Assembly: GCA_900088475.1 (NCBI GenBank)
Contig: FLMG01000807.1
Location: 1-64,000, forward strand
Source: Hyphochytrium catenoides
Lineage: Eukaryota; Protista; Hyphochytriomycota
Length of the DNA stretch: 64,000 nt
Reading direction: 5' to 3'
Under the pieces are notes generated by a model that was given only the letters and a program-made list of their open reading frames with translations, was not told the DNA's origin and did no database searches. Positions within the stretch are counted from its first letter, which is position 1, and the number at the start of each line of letters is the position of its first letter. The position numbers and the translations under genes are program-made. This document shows positions 51,990 to 64,000 of this stretch, one piece after another.

Positions 51990-53324
51990 CTACTTCCGAG
52001 ACTGTGGACAGAGAAGAGAGATCCATGCGTAAGCGTTCTACAGGATTCATGCTTTCGAGTTAAGGTAGTACCACACTTACCTTCTTGGGTGAAGTAGGTC
52101 GCTCATCCTGATGGTCATTCTCTCTTTTCTTCATACTTCTATGCGCTGGTGTACCCGAAAACGGTAGCCCCAACAGCTGATTGTGGGTCTCTCTCAGTCC
52201 TCTGAAATACTTCACCGTTTTGACCTTGAGCTCCATTGTGGCGTCCTCATCGCAGACGATGGCAGCCCGCCGATGAAGTTGAAGGACAGACACCGTCCAC
52301 ATGTGGTTTACTCCTTCCTCAATGACCTTATAAAGCGCGTTTGCTTTGTGAATGCCGGTAATTATGATGATTACCTCACGCGCATCCATGACGGTGCCTA
52401 GTTAGAAAAGATAGACGCAGAGCGTTAGCTGCCATGATTCGCATGTTATAAGGTGCCATTTTGGGCAAAGAAGTGCACAGTTCTCCTAAGTATGTAGAGG
52501 ACGGAGCGAAGTCTAATGACTGCGGAGAAAGAAGCAGTGGCGATTCATTTGAAGACACAAGGCGCTGAACATCACGGATCATAGCCGAGGCACTTACCTA
52601 CTCCCACTGTGAGAGCCATTTTAGGTACTTTGGAAATATCGTTGCCAAAGAACCGGGAGTTAGCTACGATTGTATCGTACGCCAAAGTCTTAACCCTGGT
52701 CCGTGACCGCAGCGAGGAACCTGGCTCATTGAATGCAATGTGGCCATCAGGTCCAATCCCTCCCAAGAAGAGCTCAATGCCTCCAGCATCCCTAATCTTC
52801 TTCTCATAGCTGTGACATTCTGCTTCCAGGTCCTTCGCGTTACCATCTAAAATGTTGACGTTCTCTCTCTTAATATCGATGTGCTTGAAGAAATTGTTCC
52901 ACATGAAAGAGTGATAGCTTTCAGGATGGTCTTGAGGAAGATTGACATACTCATCCATGTTGAAGGTAACCACGTGTTCAAAGCTTAACTCCCCGTTCTT
53001 GTAGAACTCGATAAGCTTAGCATAGGTAGGTAAAGGTGAGCTGCCTACATTCCAAAGGAGAATAATATGTGTTTAACCTACAAGTGTACATCACCCAGCC
53101 AAGCAATTTGCAATAGTTTGGGGCTTCGGCGCACCTGTAGGTAGCCCAAGCACAAATGGGTTGTCATGACTTGGTTTATAGTCCAGAATACGCTGTTTGA
53201 TGTATTTAGCAGTCCAGTCAGCGACCTCTTCAGCATTCTTCTGGATAATCTAGGATAATACCGAGCAGAGAGGTTCATTTCTGTTTTAACTGGGCAGTGT
53301 ATGCACAGTTCTTACCAGCCTCAT
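51990..53324 (-). CDS. GNPDA: Glucosamine-6-phosphate deaminase (GNPDA/NagB), spliced
   Basis: MRL|IIQ...FVLGLPTG|SSPL...VTFNMDEY...HPESYHSFM...[23 protein letters not shown]...ALTVGVG|TVMDAREV...[11 protein letters not shown]. Probable final exon 52001-51990; if unspliced, the stop is at 52060. Confidence 0.96.
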
Positions 53325-56300
53325 CTTCGACGGTTACTTCCACTAAGGATGTGAGCTCGCGCACGGAACAGAAACACAAGCACTTCTGAAGAAAACGAAA
53401 GAGCCCTTAGTTGTCATGAGTACTGGTGGTGCTTAGGCAGGAAAAGCTGCGCTAGCTCTTCTCTTACATTACAGGCACAGCAACTAGTAGTTAGGCCTTG
53501 TAGAACCTGCTCTTCTCTAGAGCTTCGTTCAGTTAGCGGAAAAGGTCTCAGTCCTTATCCAGTCATTGATCCAGATGTACAAGCACGAGTTCTACTACTT
53601 CGTTCCCTTAATGAAGGCCTTATTACGTCTTTCCGGATCTGCGGCAACGTGATGGTGACGAGCTCAAGCTTCGCTTACGATACTAGAAAAGGAAGAAGAT
53701 TCGCCTCCTAATCTTTCCGATGCCGATGGAAACAAACAGTGCGAAGGTTTCAGAATATTTATTTCTGTATCCAATGGTAGCCATTATTTCATAGCAAGAA
53801 CGTTTCAACAGTCAGGCAAGCCTCTTGTGCCTTTTCATCTCCTCTGTTCAGTCATCAGAATACGCTTTCAGGAAAAATCAGCTAAAAACTGCAGAAGCCA
53901 GGATAGCCGCTAACCGTATGGTAGCCGGTAATGGTACTATGGTGTATTGGTGTATTGTGTACCGTCCTAGCAGGGCCATAAGAAAAGAAGACGACAATGG
54001 TTGTGAGCTATCACGTCTCATGATTGATGATAAATAGCTATCACACTCCTAGGGAGAACTGAGAGCTGTCTCAATGGATTGGAGCTATCACATCTTCCTG
54101 AAGAACTAGCGACAGATAACTCTAATACCTGCTTCTTACACATTATAATCATCCAAAAGACCATCAAGGAAAAGCATATAACGTGGGCTTTTGCAATTAG
54201 TAGTAAATGTCTGGAACTTCCAGACCTCTTCTCCACTATTCAAGTCATCAGCAGGAGATAACGGTGACTTGTCCTTTGTAACCTCTTGTTAACAGTATGT
54301 TAGAGATCAACAGATTTAATGACTGACCTCACCCCTACTATCGTCTAATAATGGGCGGATGGCCTGCTTGTGATGACGATATAACATCTATTGAACATCT
54401 CTTCGTATTTTCTGCTGCGTGCACTGCCCTTCTTTACTCTTCCAAGGAATCCTTCATCCTTCATCATGGGCCACTTTGAGGAAGAAGGCAGTCTTGTCGA
54501 AGTAAGGGTGAGTTCCGGAGATCATCAAGAGCTGTGATGTAGCGTCCATCGCGTATTATTATTTACTCGGTCGCTATGATAGGTTCCAGCAAGAAGTATT
54601 GCTGCTGCGGCCAACAACCTTACAAAAAAAACTGTTCTTCTTGCTGTCTCCTGTGTCACTTGCCTGATGAGTGAGGCTGATGGTAGAACTCCGGGTCCAC
54701 CGTAGCAATCCCAGCTGTACAGGAGAAGTGCATCTTGAAATATAGAAATGACAACAACTATGCTGTAAGTAGAAGAGACGGTGCCGATTTGAAGATGGTA
54801 GTGATGCTGGCATCGGAAGTGGCCATAACACTTCTTTTACGCCAAGATTAGATATCTTCTCTACTACACTAGTGAACTGTTCCCGCTGTGGCCGGTTGAT
54901 TGCTATCACTATCGCTGCCACATCATCGTCATTGCAGCCAGTCGATACGACGTGTAGCAGCTGCTAGCGCCGCACTGAGCTAGTTGGGCGCGCCAAGTTG
55001 CGAAGGACAGCCATGAAGCTTCGGCGATTGGTTTCTCCTCAAAGATAATAATAGGGAAAATTTAATGCTGCGGAGGAGGAAGCAAGTAAAGATCAGGAGG
55101 CGACATTGATCAAGGACCAGGTGTGAAGAGGCGAGCTTGATGCCTCCTTTTTTATAGTAACATCGTCTCTTGGTTCCTTAGGTCGGGTCGTCACAAGAAA
55201 GCATTGCCTTGATCATTCCAAATTTTCCAGCCAACATTGGATGACTTCCATGTTTCTACTGTCTCTTTTGAACACTTATGCGCATCACCATCATCCTTAT
55301 GACATCATTATGGAAGCGTGGTGACTCAGCTTAGTGAGACAGAACTTGCCTGAGGCAGGCGGCACATCCTCCTTGTGAAAACCGAAAGAAATACTTTGGA
55401 TGGCCAACTCTGCTCCTGACAGACAAGTGGAGCGCCAATGTGCGACGGCGCTGATCGGTGATATATTTTTTTCTTTATAATAGTGCTAAAATTATGCCAT
55501 CGAGGACAAGATACGAGTTTTCTTGTGCTGTCACAATCATAGTCTGGATCCAAGCTGTCGTAGGCTCCTAATCAAGCTAAAGCAAGGTAAACCGGCGCAG
55601 TCTACTGTTGTTGGCTCATCGCCACAGTGAGGAGTGCCCACCCAAAATGATCCATTCCCACCTCCAGCCAAATATTCTTTCTTAGCTGCCCGCTCAGTAA
55701 GCTTGGACTGCCTTGAGGATCTTGGTCTATCCTGTACGAAGGGTCAATAGACACTGTATGTTAGTCACAACCTACGTAGGAAGATATCTTTTTGTTTGAA
55801 GTTGGTATGCTACTCCTTCTGTCGAAGGCCACAAGCTTAGGGGAGAGAGTAACTAGAAAAGGATATGGCACTGTATGGGGCAGCCCAAGATTGGTCATTC
55901 AAGGATGGGGAAGACGATGAAGGCTGTCAAGGTAGGAAGACGACCTGTACTCATGACGCATGTGGGAGATCCTTCTCTCTTCATTGCCTCTCCATGCTAT
56001 CTCTCCCCGTTGGTGTGGAGAAGAAGATGCAGGTCGACCCACACCACATCCATCTCTGATACTGCTTAGGAATCACTAAAGAAGGTTGTTCTCTTATGCT
56101 TAATGCTTGACACGCGATGACAGGGATATGGAGCATCTGAGGATGATGAGGCTGAAAGACAGGCGGAAGATGCGCTTTGGATTATAGGACATGTCTTGAC
56201 ATTGCTGCTACCCTTTGAGGACCGGACGATAGGACAGCAGTCAATGATTGAGGGACGGACGGCTGTGTACCCTTCAATGTGGTCGGTGAGGGTAGGAAGG

Positions 56301-57729
56301 GTAGAGTAGGAAAGCTTTAACAGCTCGATGGGTGCCTATCAGAACCTCAATATAAATGGTAAACTAGGAGCAATCGTGTGTGGACACTGCTCCACACCTT
56401 ACTACTACGAAGAAAAAAATGAGAAGCACCATGCTATCGTGTTCTTTCTATGTACCAGAGACATTTGGTGTCTCTCTCTCTCGCTCTTCCCATCCTAAGT
56501 CTAACGCTTTGACCTCTCCTCTTTTGTTGCCTCTTTGTCATCAATTGTTCCATAAGGAAGCTGTGTGTTCCTCTCCCTGCTGCCTGTCATTGCTCTTCAA
56601 AATTGTAAGAGGAAAGCGCCATCATGTGATGATTGAGAAGATACGCTTGGCTTCTTACGCCTTTGTTTAACTAGGCAGCTCCCCTTTTCCCTTCGAACGA
56701 CGATAAGCATTGAGTGTCTCTCCCTGACCACCAGTAACATCATGTACCGACGCACTTCTTGTGCTTCGCATTGTGATGAGCACGGCACTTCCTTCCAAGG
56801 TTCACTCTCCATTCCTGGCTCGTGTGTTAATGAACAACCTTAGCCCTTCAGCACTATCGTACAAGTGCTGCCTTTGGATTCGTTTCTCTGTTTCTTCCCC
56901 TCGCCAGAGTTAATGCAGCACGGACATCATAGCAGCATAGTAGTCAGAGGAATATTAGTAGAGAGAGACGACAAGCTTCTCTCATCATAGAGCTAAAGCT
57001 TGCCCGCTTGGCTCTCCCTACCTCTTAGGACCGAAGACCAACACATCGCCACTGCTCAGTCCATTGACTACTTACCATCCAGGAACATCCTCTTGGTCAG
57101 AAGGATCACCAAGACACGCCGCAGTTTGAGCGTAGAAGAGAAGCTTGGAGCAGATTAGTCTAGGAAAAATGTTGAGAGACCGTCAGCTGCAGAGTTAAAT
57201 TTGAGGAGAAGAGTCTTTCTCATCATGCTACTCTGTCTGCCGCTTCTCTCTCCTCTGTCTCGGACGTTACAAGCCAATATTCCTTTTTTGTAATATCTCT
57301 CTACACTTGCCTTTGCTCTTTATCTCTCTCAGTGTTCTGACTCGCTCTTTCCTCACCTAATGAAGCAGCGCATAATAGGTCAAATGCAAGGGGATGCTCG
57401 TACTACAGTAGGAGCAGGCTGTGAAAGGATGTGGCTAACTTCCTCAAAGAACATCGGTACATCATAATAATAGGCAGCGCCGGAAGAGCGACTACAACAT
57501 CAACATCGTTATAGTCTGGGTTAAAATCAGGTCAATGCCTAGAGTGGTAATACCAATGCAGCTGTTGATCACGAGATGTCCAAGTTAGGCTTTTTACCAA
57601 GCAGGTTTGGCTCCAACGGCCGTCTGGTTCTTCTCGAGCCTAAGAGTCAGAAGGATCTTGGACAAAGGAGCAAGAGAGAGGCGGACTAAGAGAGGGTGGG
57701 AGACAGGCAGCAGCACCTCTCGTGAGTAG

Positions 57730-58077
57730 GAAATAGTCGGTGCGACGTTCTTCCATGTTAGAGATGATAAGGGTTACGCCATTGCCTCTGCTTCATGGAC
57801 AGCCGGCCAAGAGATTCCTAATGTTAAGTCAGGGAAAACCACAGATGCAGGGAAAGTCCCACTCGTACCTTAGTGAACAGTGCACTATGTAATGGCAAAT
57901 TCCAACCCCCTCTTCCCCGTTGAAAGGCTATTGTTGTCAGCGAATCATGGCGATGGTACGGCGACATACACTAGGAGGTCACGACTGTCTATCGAACCCT
58001 CGAAGCTTGCATTCTATGAGGAGCACTTTGAACTCCCTCTTTGGGACCAGGAAGGGTTGACGTCGGACTACGAGTAA
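57730..58077 (+). pseudogene. Decayed coding relic of unknown origin
   Basis: One frame reads as protein-like sequence for about 115 codons, with only an internal TAG-TGA pair (57871-57876). Confidence 0.3.
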
Positions 58078-59754
58078 TGCTAACTCTGTAGGTTCTAGGA
58101 AGGATTTGACTGTCCCACTCTATCTTTGGGGTTTATTATGCCACTGTCAGAACAAAACCCAAGTCCACATCAGGGACCCGATACCTTCTGTCTTCTAATG
58201 GATAAGATTAGGCTACTTCTCGTACTTTATAAGACGTGGAGAACACCCTAACTGCACTATTCTGAGAACCTTCCTCAGTTCTAAATCCTCGTGCATATTG
58301 TCCTTTGCCATCACCGTCTAAACCTTCGCCGCCTAGAACACTAAACGTGACTATAGCATTTCTCAACCTGCGCTCTAGGCCGCGCTGTTGTTCTACCTTC
58401 CCGCCCACAGGGCAGCCATTCATGTCCCACATCATGGCGGTAGGAAGAAGAAAAGCTAGAAGATCAGGGCGGGAACGACTGCAAGGAGGCTTCTCAGCCA
58501 TTTTCATGATGGAGGCGAAGTAGTAATACCTTCCCTTTCCTTGTCTCGGGTACATATGCATGGACAGTAAGCAGTCGGGGAGTAATAGTTAGGGTGCTAA
58601 AGCCTTTGATAATAAGCAGGAAGTGCTAGTAATAGGGCACAACCTGAGATTGTGGAATACAAATGCAGGGACGATTTTGCAGTAACTCGGCCCTACTGAA
58701 ACCTTTCCTTGGTGAAAGATATTAGAGGGAAGACTTCATTCCATCACAACAGAATGTAAGCAACATTATTAAGGCTGACTTGTATGGCAATGTTTCAGAA
58801 AGGTTCTTGTGGTCACCGCGAACATTGAATTTTTGGGCACCGCTTCAACACTTCTTTTGTAATGTTCGTATCATAGTCCTCCCCCTTCCAGCCCCTCTCA
58901 CACCTCTCTCTCTTCTGTGTTAAGGCCTTTTGTAAAATGAAAAGGAAGAGAGGAAGAACAGCGAGAAATCCCCTTTCTTTTCTCTAAATTTTTTCTTGTT
59001 TCTGAGGGGCCGACTCCTCTGCTTCTTTCTTCGACCTAAGAGAGAGAGAGACTCTCTCTTTCTCTCTCTCTCTCTCTGTCTACTTTCCTGTCTCTTTAGA
59101 TTTTTTCATGATCTTCCTCTTTCTTGACTCTTTGGCTGCTCTCTCTCTCTCTTTCTTCCTCCAAACTCCTAGGTCAAAAAAAGGCTGAGGAGCCAGGAGG
59201 AAGCGGTTAAGGGAAATGTAGAAGAGAGAAAGAGAGGGCCTATCTCTCTTCTTGAAGATGGAAAAAGGTCTATCTCCATCTCTTGCTCTTCCTCGCAGGA
59301 ATAACGGTTTAATGATAGGCTCTCTTTATATCTCTTGATGGCCGAGAAGGCATTGACGGGAGACCTAAGTTAACCTTACTGCTTCAGGTTGCCCTCGAAT
59401 CCTATTCTCTTGCTCTCTGTCTCACAACATTCTGAGTGACGCCTGAAGAACTTTACGGGGTGGTGGTTCTACTCTCTCTGTCTCTCTTTCTCTCTGTTTC
59501 TCTCTCTCGCCTCTCTATCTGCTGACCATCTTGCCGTGCGCCTCCTAGTCAAGAGGACTGATGTGTCGAGGCTTGGAGACTAGCCTCTCTCTCTCTCTCC
59601 TATTTTCCTCCACTATCTCTTGTTTCTTTCTTTACCTTTTGTCTTGGTGAGGAAAGGGGAAGATGGCCTTGGTCTTTCTCTGCTTCCCACACGAACGCTC
59701 AAACTTGCACCTCACCCTGCGAAGGAGGCACACTTAGGAGGATGAGACAGCGAC

Positions 59755-59842
59755 AGGGGGAGAGAGAGAGAAAGAGAAAGAGAGAGCGAAAGGGAGAGAG
59801 GGAGAGAGAGAGAGAGAGAGAGAGAGAAAAGAGAGAGAGAGC
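59755..59842. repeat. (AG)n microsatellite
   Basis: Direct observation. Confidence 0.9.
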
Positions 59843-60379
59843 GATATAAGACTCAAACACCACCTCCCCCCGAGCTCCTCCCAACATTTTAATTGAGCTC
59901 GAGCAGAACCAGGCGACAGTCTGTTAGTCACGTTAGCTCCTACTTCAAAGGCCACTGTGGTTACTTTGTGCATTCTAGTCCTTCTCACTCTTCCACCTCT
60001 TCCCTTTGCTCGCCTGATGAGCTGAGGATAAGTGGAAGAAGAGTGAGAGCAACAACAGAGAAGAGAAAGAGGAGGAAGGGCTGGAAGGGGAGAGCGGGGG
60101 AGGAGAGAGAGAAACCAAAAGCCTTCAAGAATCAATTCTGCCTCTTCCTTTGCACATACACTTTTCAAGATAGCAAAGAAGAAGCCTCAGCCAACGTTGA
60201 AGCCTTCTCAATCTGGAGCTGGACACTCTTGATGTCTCCCCTCCTGATCATTTTCTAACTTTCGCATCAAGCGTTACACTGGAGTGCAGGAGACTGCCAT
60301 CCTTCGTCTGCCATCCTATCTACCTGCATCCGCCAAGCTACCTCCACTTTTACATTCATCCCACGATTTTTCAAGAACT

Positions 60380-61135
60380 ATGGCATTTGCAACCACCACT
60401 AGCAGCAGCGGCGGCGTAGCCACCAGAGAAGCACCAGCATCTACACCTGCACAAATGGAGACGAGGATGAGCTTGGATGGTCAGTGCAATTCGGCCAAGG
60501 ACTCACAAGCTGTTGGAGCATGGACCGATGACGAGCACAAGAAGTTTTTGAAAGCTCTCGAGCGTGTTCCTGCTACTTGTCACAACCGATGGAAGATGAT
60601 TGCTGCCCTCATCCCTACTCGGAATGCTACTCAGGTCCGCACCCACGCCATCAAGTACTTCCGTACCGTTGCTAGACGTCAGGCCAGAGAAGCCAAGCGC
60701 ATGGCTATGCAGCACCAGCACCTCCAGCGTTTCCACGATAAGAACGACAAGCTCGATGCTAATGACTTCTTCCAGCTTCGTGCGTCCTGGTCACCATCCG
60801 TCACCGATAGCATTAGAAACGAGCTTGGCCTTAGCGGCCCTGTTCTCACTCACCGTCTTAGTGAGGATGACTGCATCGACTGGCTTGTCAACTACTATGC
60901 TACGGCTCCAGAGCCTCTCCCTGCCCCCATCGTTAGCTCTGACAAGAGCTTGGATGTAATCAAGCCAGAAGAGCCCAGCCCGGCGGCCTCCTTTGTTAAC
61001 CTGTACAACAAGAAGGAGCTGGACTTCGACTTCCGGCTGGAGAGCATCAGCGAGACCGGAGAGGCAATGCCTTCCCCGGCCAAGCGCCAACGCATCACGG
61101 AGGAGCCTTCTAGCCTCCAAGCTTTGTTCATCTGA
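60380..61135 (+). CDS. Single-repeat MYB transcription factor, SHAQKYF class, intronless
   Basis: GAWTDDEHKKFLKALE......RWKMIAALIPTRNATQVRTHAIKYF; C-terminal basic patch SPAKRQR. Confidence 0.92.
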   Translation: MAFATTTSSSGGVATREAPASTPAQMETRMSLDGQCNSAKDSQAVGAWTDDEHKKFLKALERVPATCHNRWKMIAALIPTRNATQVRTHAIKYFRTVARRQAREAKRMAMQHQHLQRFHDKNDKLDANDFFQLRASWSPSVTDSIRNELGLSGPVLTHRLSEDDCIDWLVNYYATAPEPLPAPIVSSDKSLDVIKPEEPSPAASFVNLYNKKELDFDFRLESISETGEAMPSPAKRQRITEEPSSLQALFI

Positions 61136-62149
61136 GCTTGCTGTTACCGTGTCGTATGCTCTCTCTCTTTCTCTCTCCGTTATTTATTCCAAAGCCCGCT
61201 GACTCTTCCTATCTTTTGAAAGCCACATCTCCCCTCGCCTGAGAAACAAAAACCCAGAAACGATGCGATCTACATGTTTCTTNNNNNNNNNNNNNNNNNN
61301 NNNNNNNNNNNNNNNNNNNNNNNNNNNNNNNNNNNNNNNNNNNGAGAACTTCTTGTTCCTTCTTTATAAAAAGCCATCATTAATCATCAAATCACCCGAG
61401 GAAATGCTGCTCATTTGCGCAGCTTCCTTGGATGGATTTTTCTACACAGTCGTGCCATTGAACCATAGAGCATTTCATCGCCTTTTGCCTCTTCTACTAA
61501 AGACCATTGCCGTGATCAGCTGCCCTTGCTAGCGCTATATCGGTCCTGCACACGGGGCACAGACCCGAGCGAACGATCCACCTCATAAAGCAGGTCTAGG
61601 ATGGGACGACAATGAAGATCGAACCTGGGATAGTCAGTACTAGAAACAGCAGTAGCTTAGAGACTGAGAGATGGATGGAGCTCTGACGCACCTCGTGGTA
61701 CAGGTGACTGCAGGGTAAGATGGCAATGAGAGCCCCTTACATGGAGGATTTTGTTAGCATAGCAGAGTACACTCCATCTTGCTCAAGGGCATACCGGAGG
61801 TGAAGGCTTCCAGACAAATTGGACAGGAATGGAGATGACATCTTTCCTCCTCTTGGCCGGCCTTTGGCAGGTTCGATGCTTCCTACGAAGAACCAAAGGC
61901 AGAGATCGAGGTGGGTTATCCTCTTTAGTCTCTGGGTTCACATGAGTATAGTATAAGCTGATGTTGCAAGCATTCGGTACTTGTTTCTTACTTCACTTAA
62001 TAATGGAGGTGCAGGCAGCCCATAGGGAGCCACTGAGTAACTAAGCCGTCTACACCGAGCTGCAAGCATATTGTTCTCGCCTCTGGCCTCATAGTCCTGG
62101 CCCTCCTCCATAAACTGCCAGAACAAATGAATCAGTGACATAATTCTCT

Positions 62150-62600
62150 ACTTTTCAGAGTTAACAATTGAGAAGACACCAACTGATCACAATCATACTG
62201 CATTAGATGTCTGTTATCTTTGTAGGGCATCATCTAGCGACTCACGTGGATATAGTTTTCAGGATGGGTGACAACACGCTCCCATTCATTGTCCCAGTCA
62301 ATGAAGTTCAGGTTGTATTGTCCTGTTCCTTTCGTAGCACCACCCGTAAGCTTGATATAAACTTCTCTCCAATGCATGGCGACGGTCCTTGCAGCCCATG
62401 CCGTGCTGAAGTCAATGAATATCTTTATGAATACCTGTCAGTGGTCGCTCTTCTTCTTGTCGATTGTCCTGCCATTGGAGGTGCTGATGATAGCTCCCGT
62501 CAGATTCTGCTCTCACCCTGTCGCCGTCCATACCAGAGCTCTGTTCTCCTCTGGGTTATTATTCTAGTCGACGGGTCATGGCGAGGTATAAGGCGCGGCC
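62150..62600 (-). pseudogene. Decayed coding relic (possible TE or viral gene)
   Basis: Minus frame reads ...NLTGAIISTSNGRTIDKKKSDH*QVFIKIFIDFSTAWAARTVAMHWREVYIKLTGG...NFIDWDNEWERVVTHPENYIHVSR*; the exact antisense frame is open for 133 codons. Confidence 0.4.
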
Positions 62601-63133
62601 TTGCATGATGAAGGCCTTGATGTGACAAACTAAAGTAGTTCCTACCACTCTCAAAGGATTTTAGCACATCTGCTTCCTTCTCCCTGTTGAAAGCGTCATC
62701 GTCCCCGCCAGCACCCACTTCTTAGCGAGGCAGGTCTCGTTTCTCCCGCTCAGCCCCTAGTAGTAGGTAACAGAATCTGCAATGGCAGAGCTGCAGATCT
62801 CATCAGAGCTCCGTCGTGAGCTCTATCAAATCTCTGAAATCTATGAGGCGACGACCATGTTAAGTGCACTGTACAGTCAGTACAATACATCTCTTCCTCG
62901 TTGTTTTGAATACGCGTCTTTGGATTATTGATAGTGGTCGCTCATTTTCGAGTATCTCTGCTTTGAAGATATGCTGCATCTCTTGGTCCCTCTTCCTGCG
63001 TCGGTGAATGATAAGTAGCTATTCATTACCTCCCTTTCTTTCTCACTCTGTCTCATGGAGCGAGACAAGACTGTTATCAGCTGACAACAAACAGACTGTG
63101 AATGGAATGATGGACACCATGGAACTGTGAAGA

Positions 63134-63450
63134 AAGAGAGAGAGAGAGAGAGAGCGAGAGAGCGAGAGAGAGGGCGAGAGAGAGAGAGTGAGATTGAGAG
63201 AGAGAGAGAATGAGAGAGAGAGAGAGAGAGAAAGATGAAAGAGANNNNNNNNNNNNNNNNNNNNNNNNNNNNNNNNNNNNNAGAGAGAGAGAGAGAGAGA
63301 ATGAGAGGGAGAGAGAGAGAGAGGATGAGAGAGAGAGAGAGAGACAACAGAGAGAGACAGACCAGGAGAGAGAGAAAGAGGGGGAAAGAAAGAAAGAGAG
63401 AAGACGCAGATAGACAGAACCACAGACAGACAGAGTGTGAGAGAGAGAGA
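63134..63450. repeat. (AG)n microsatellite region with N-gap (63245-63281)
   Basis: Direct observation. Confidence 0.95.
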
Positions 63451-63622
63451 ACAAAGAGATGGAGAAGTGAGGGAAAGGGACAAGGAAGAGAAGCAGACAG
63501 AAGAGATTGCCATGAAGACAAAACAAAGGGTAACACCAACGCCTGGCTTCCCCTCAATGACAGCAGATCCACAGTCTGTCTTTCTCCTTGGCCACGAGCT
63601 CAGCCAAACCAGCTGCCGTTAA

Positions 63623-63666
63623 GTGATCACGTGATCACGTGCTCACTGATCAGCCACCTAGCCAAT
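63623..63666. promoter_or_regulatory. Tandem CACGTG (E/G-box) palindrome plus CCAAT box
   Basis: gtgatcacgtgatcacgtg followed by CCAAT at 63662-63666. Confidence 0.3.
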
Positions 63667-64000
63667 CAAAGTCTGGGCAGGAGGATTGTTGTCGCTCATC
63701 GTGAGAGTTACCCAGAGAGTCGGAAAGAGAAAAACTGCCCTTGTCCATGTCCGTTTCCCTGTGTGACAGCTATGGCGTCTTTCGTGCGGATGTTCTTCCC
63801 GTCTCAAGACTTCACGACGACGATCCCTGCCCTGTGATACTTCTTTCTCCTTTCTGATGGATGTCATAAGGTGTCTGCTATGACTGTCTCTTCGTCCTTC
63901 CTCTTCATTGTCCTGGAAGAAAACTCCAAAGCTTGATAGATCCATCTGTTCCAATAGTAATCGTCATCATAATGGCAGCGTCGACAGCGCGGGTGCATAA

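Noticed and set aside
54360-55205. Faint collinear inverted similarity between about 54360-54500 and 55015-55205
   Set aside because: Matches of only 6-9 nt in low-complexity DNA cannot be distinguished from chance by eye
57851-57860. GGAAAGTCCC resembling RNase P/MRP CR-I
   Set aside because: No matching CR-V partner downstream
1-64000. CRISPR arrays, rRNA, hammerhead ribozymes, non-standard genetic code, non-canonical introns
   Set aside because: None seen. The CTGATGA hits I checked lack a stem plus GAAA, all three stop codons terminate genes, and traced introns are GT-AG.

Overview
Eukaryotic nuclear DNA from an intron-rich, AG/CT-microsatellite-rich draft assembly with 4 N-gaps. Every intron I traced is GT-AG, and the standard genetic code fits. 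Gene content suggests a stramenopile, probably near the oomycetes (inference). By manual exon stitching I can support 14 protein genes: an StLDP-like lipid-droplet protein, GOS1 SNARE, a NIF/SCP-type CTD phosphatase, a DOPA 4,5-dioxygenase family protein, a DOT1-like SAM methyltransferase, PET100, importin-4, a REEP/HVA22 protein, an RS-rich SMAP-domain protein, UTP15, a DYRKP-type kinase, a peroxisomal adenine-nucleotide carrier, glucosamine-6-P deaminase and a SHAQKYF-class MYB. There is also one tRNA-Thr(AGT). Long gene-poor tracts (about 5.6-9.7, 11-21, 53.4-60.3 and 61.2-64 kb) hold decayed ORFs, an old inverted repeat and low-complexity DNA; a possible Helitron remnant lies at about 51.1-51.5 kb. 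The most intriguing signal is an apparent CAG>TAG / CTG>CTA mutational bias, which could reflect non-CpG (CWG) cytosine methylation or a RIP-like defence. Also notable are a hidden terminal micro-exon that would give GNPDA a bipartite NLS, and an intronless DOPA dioxygenase. No multi-gene pathway cluster is evident. All family calls are from motif recall, not from database searches.
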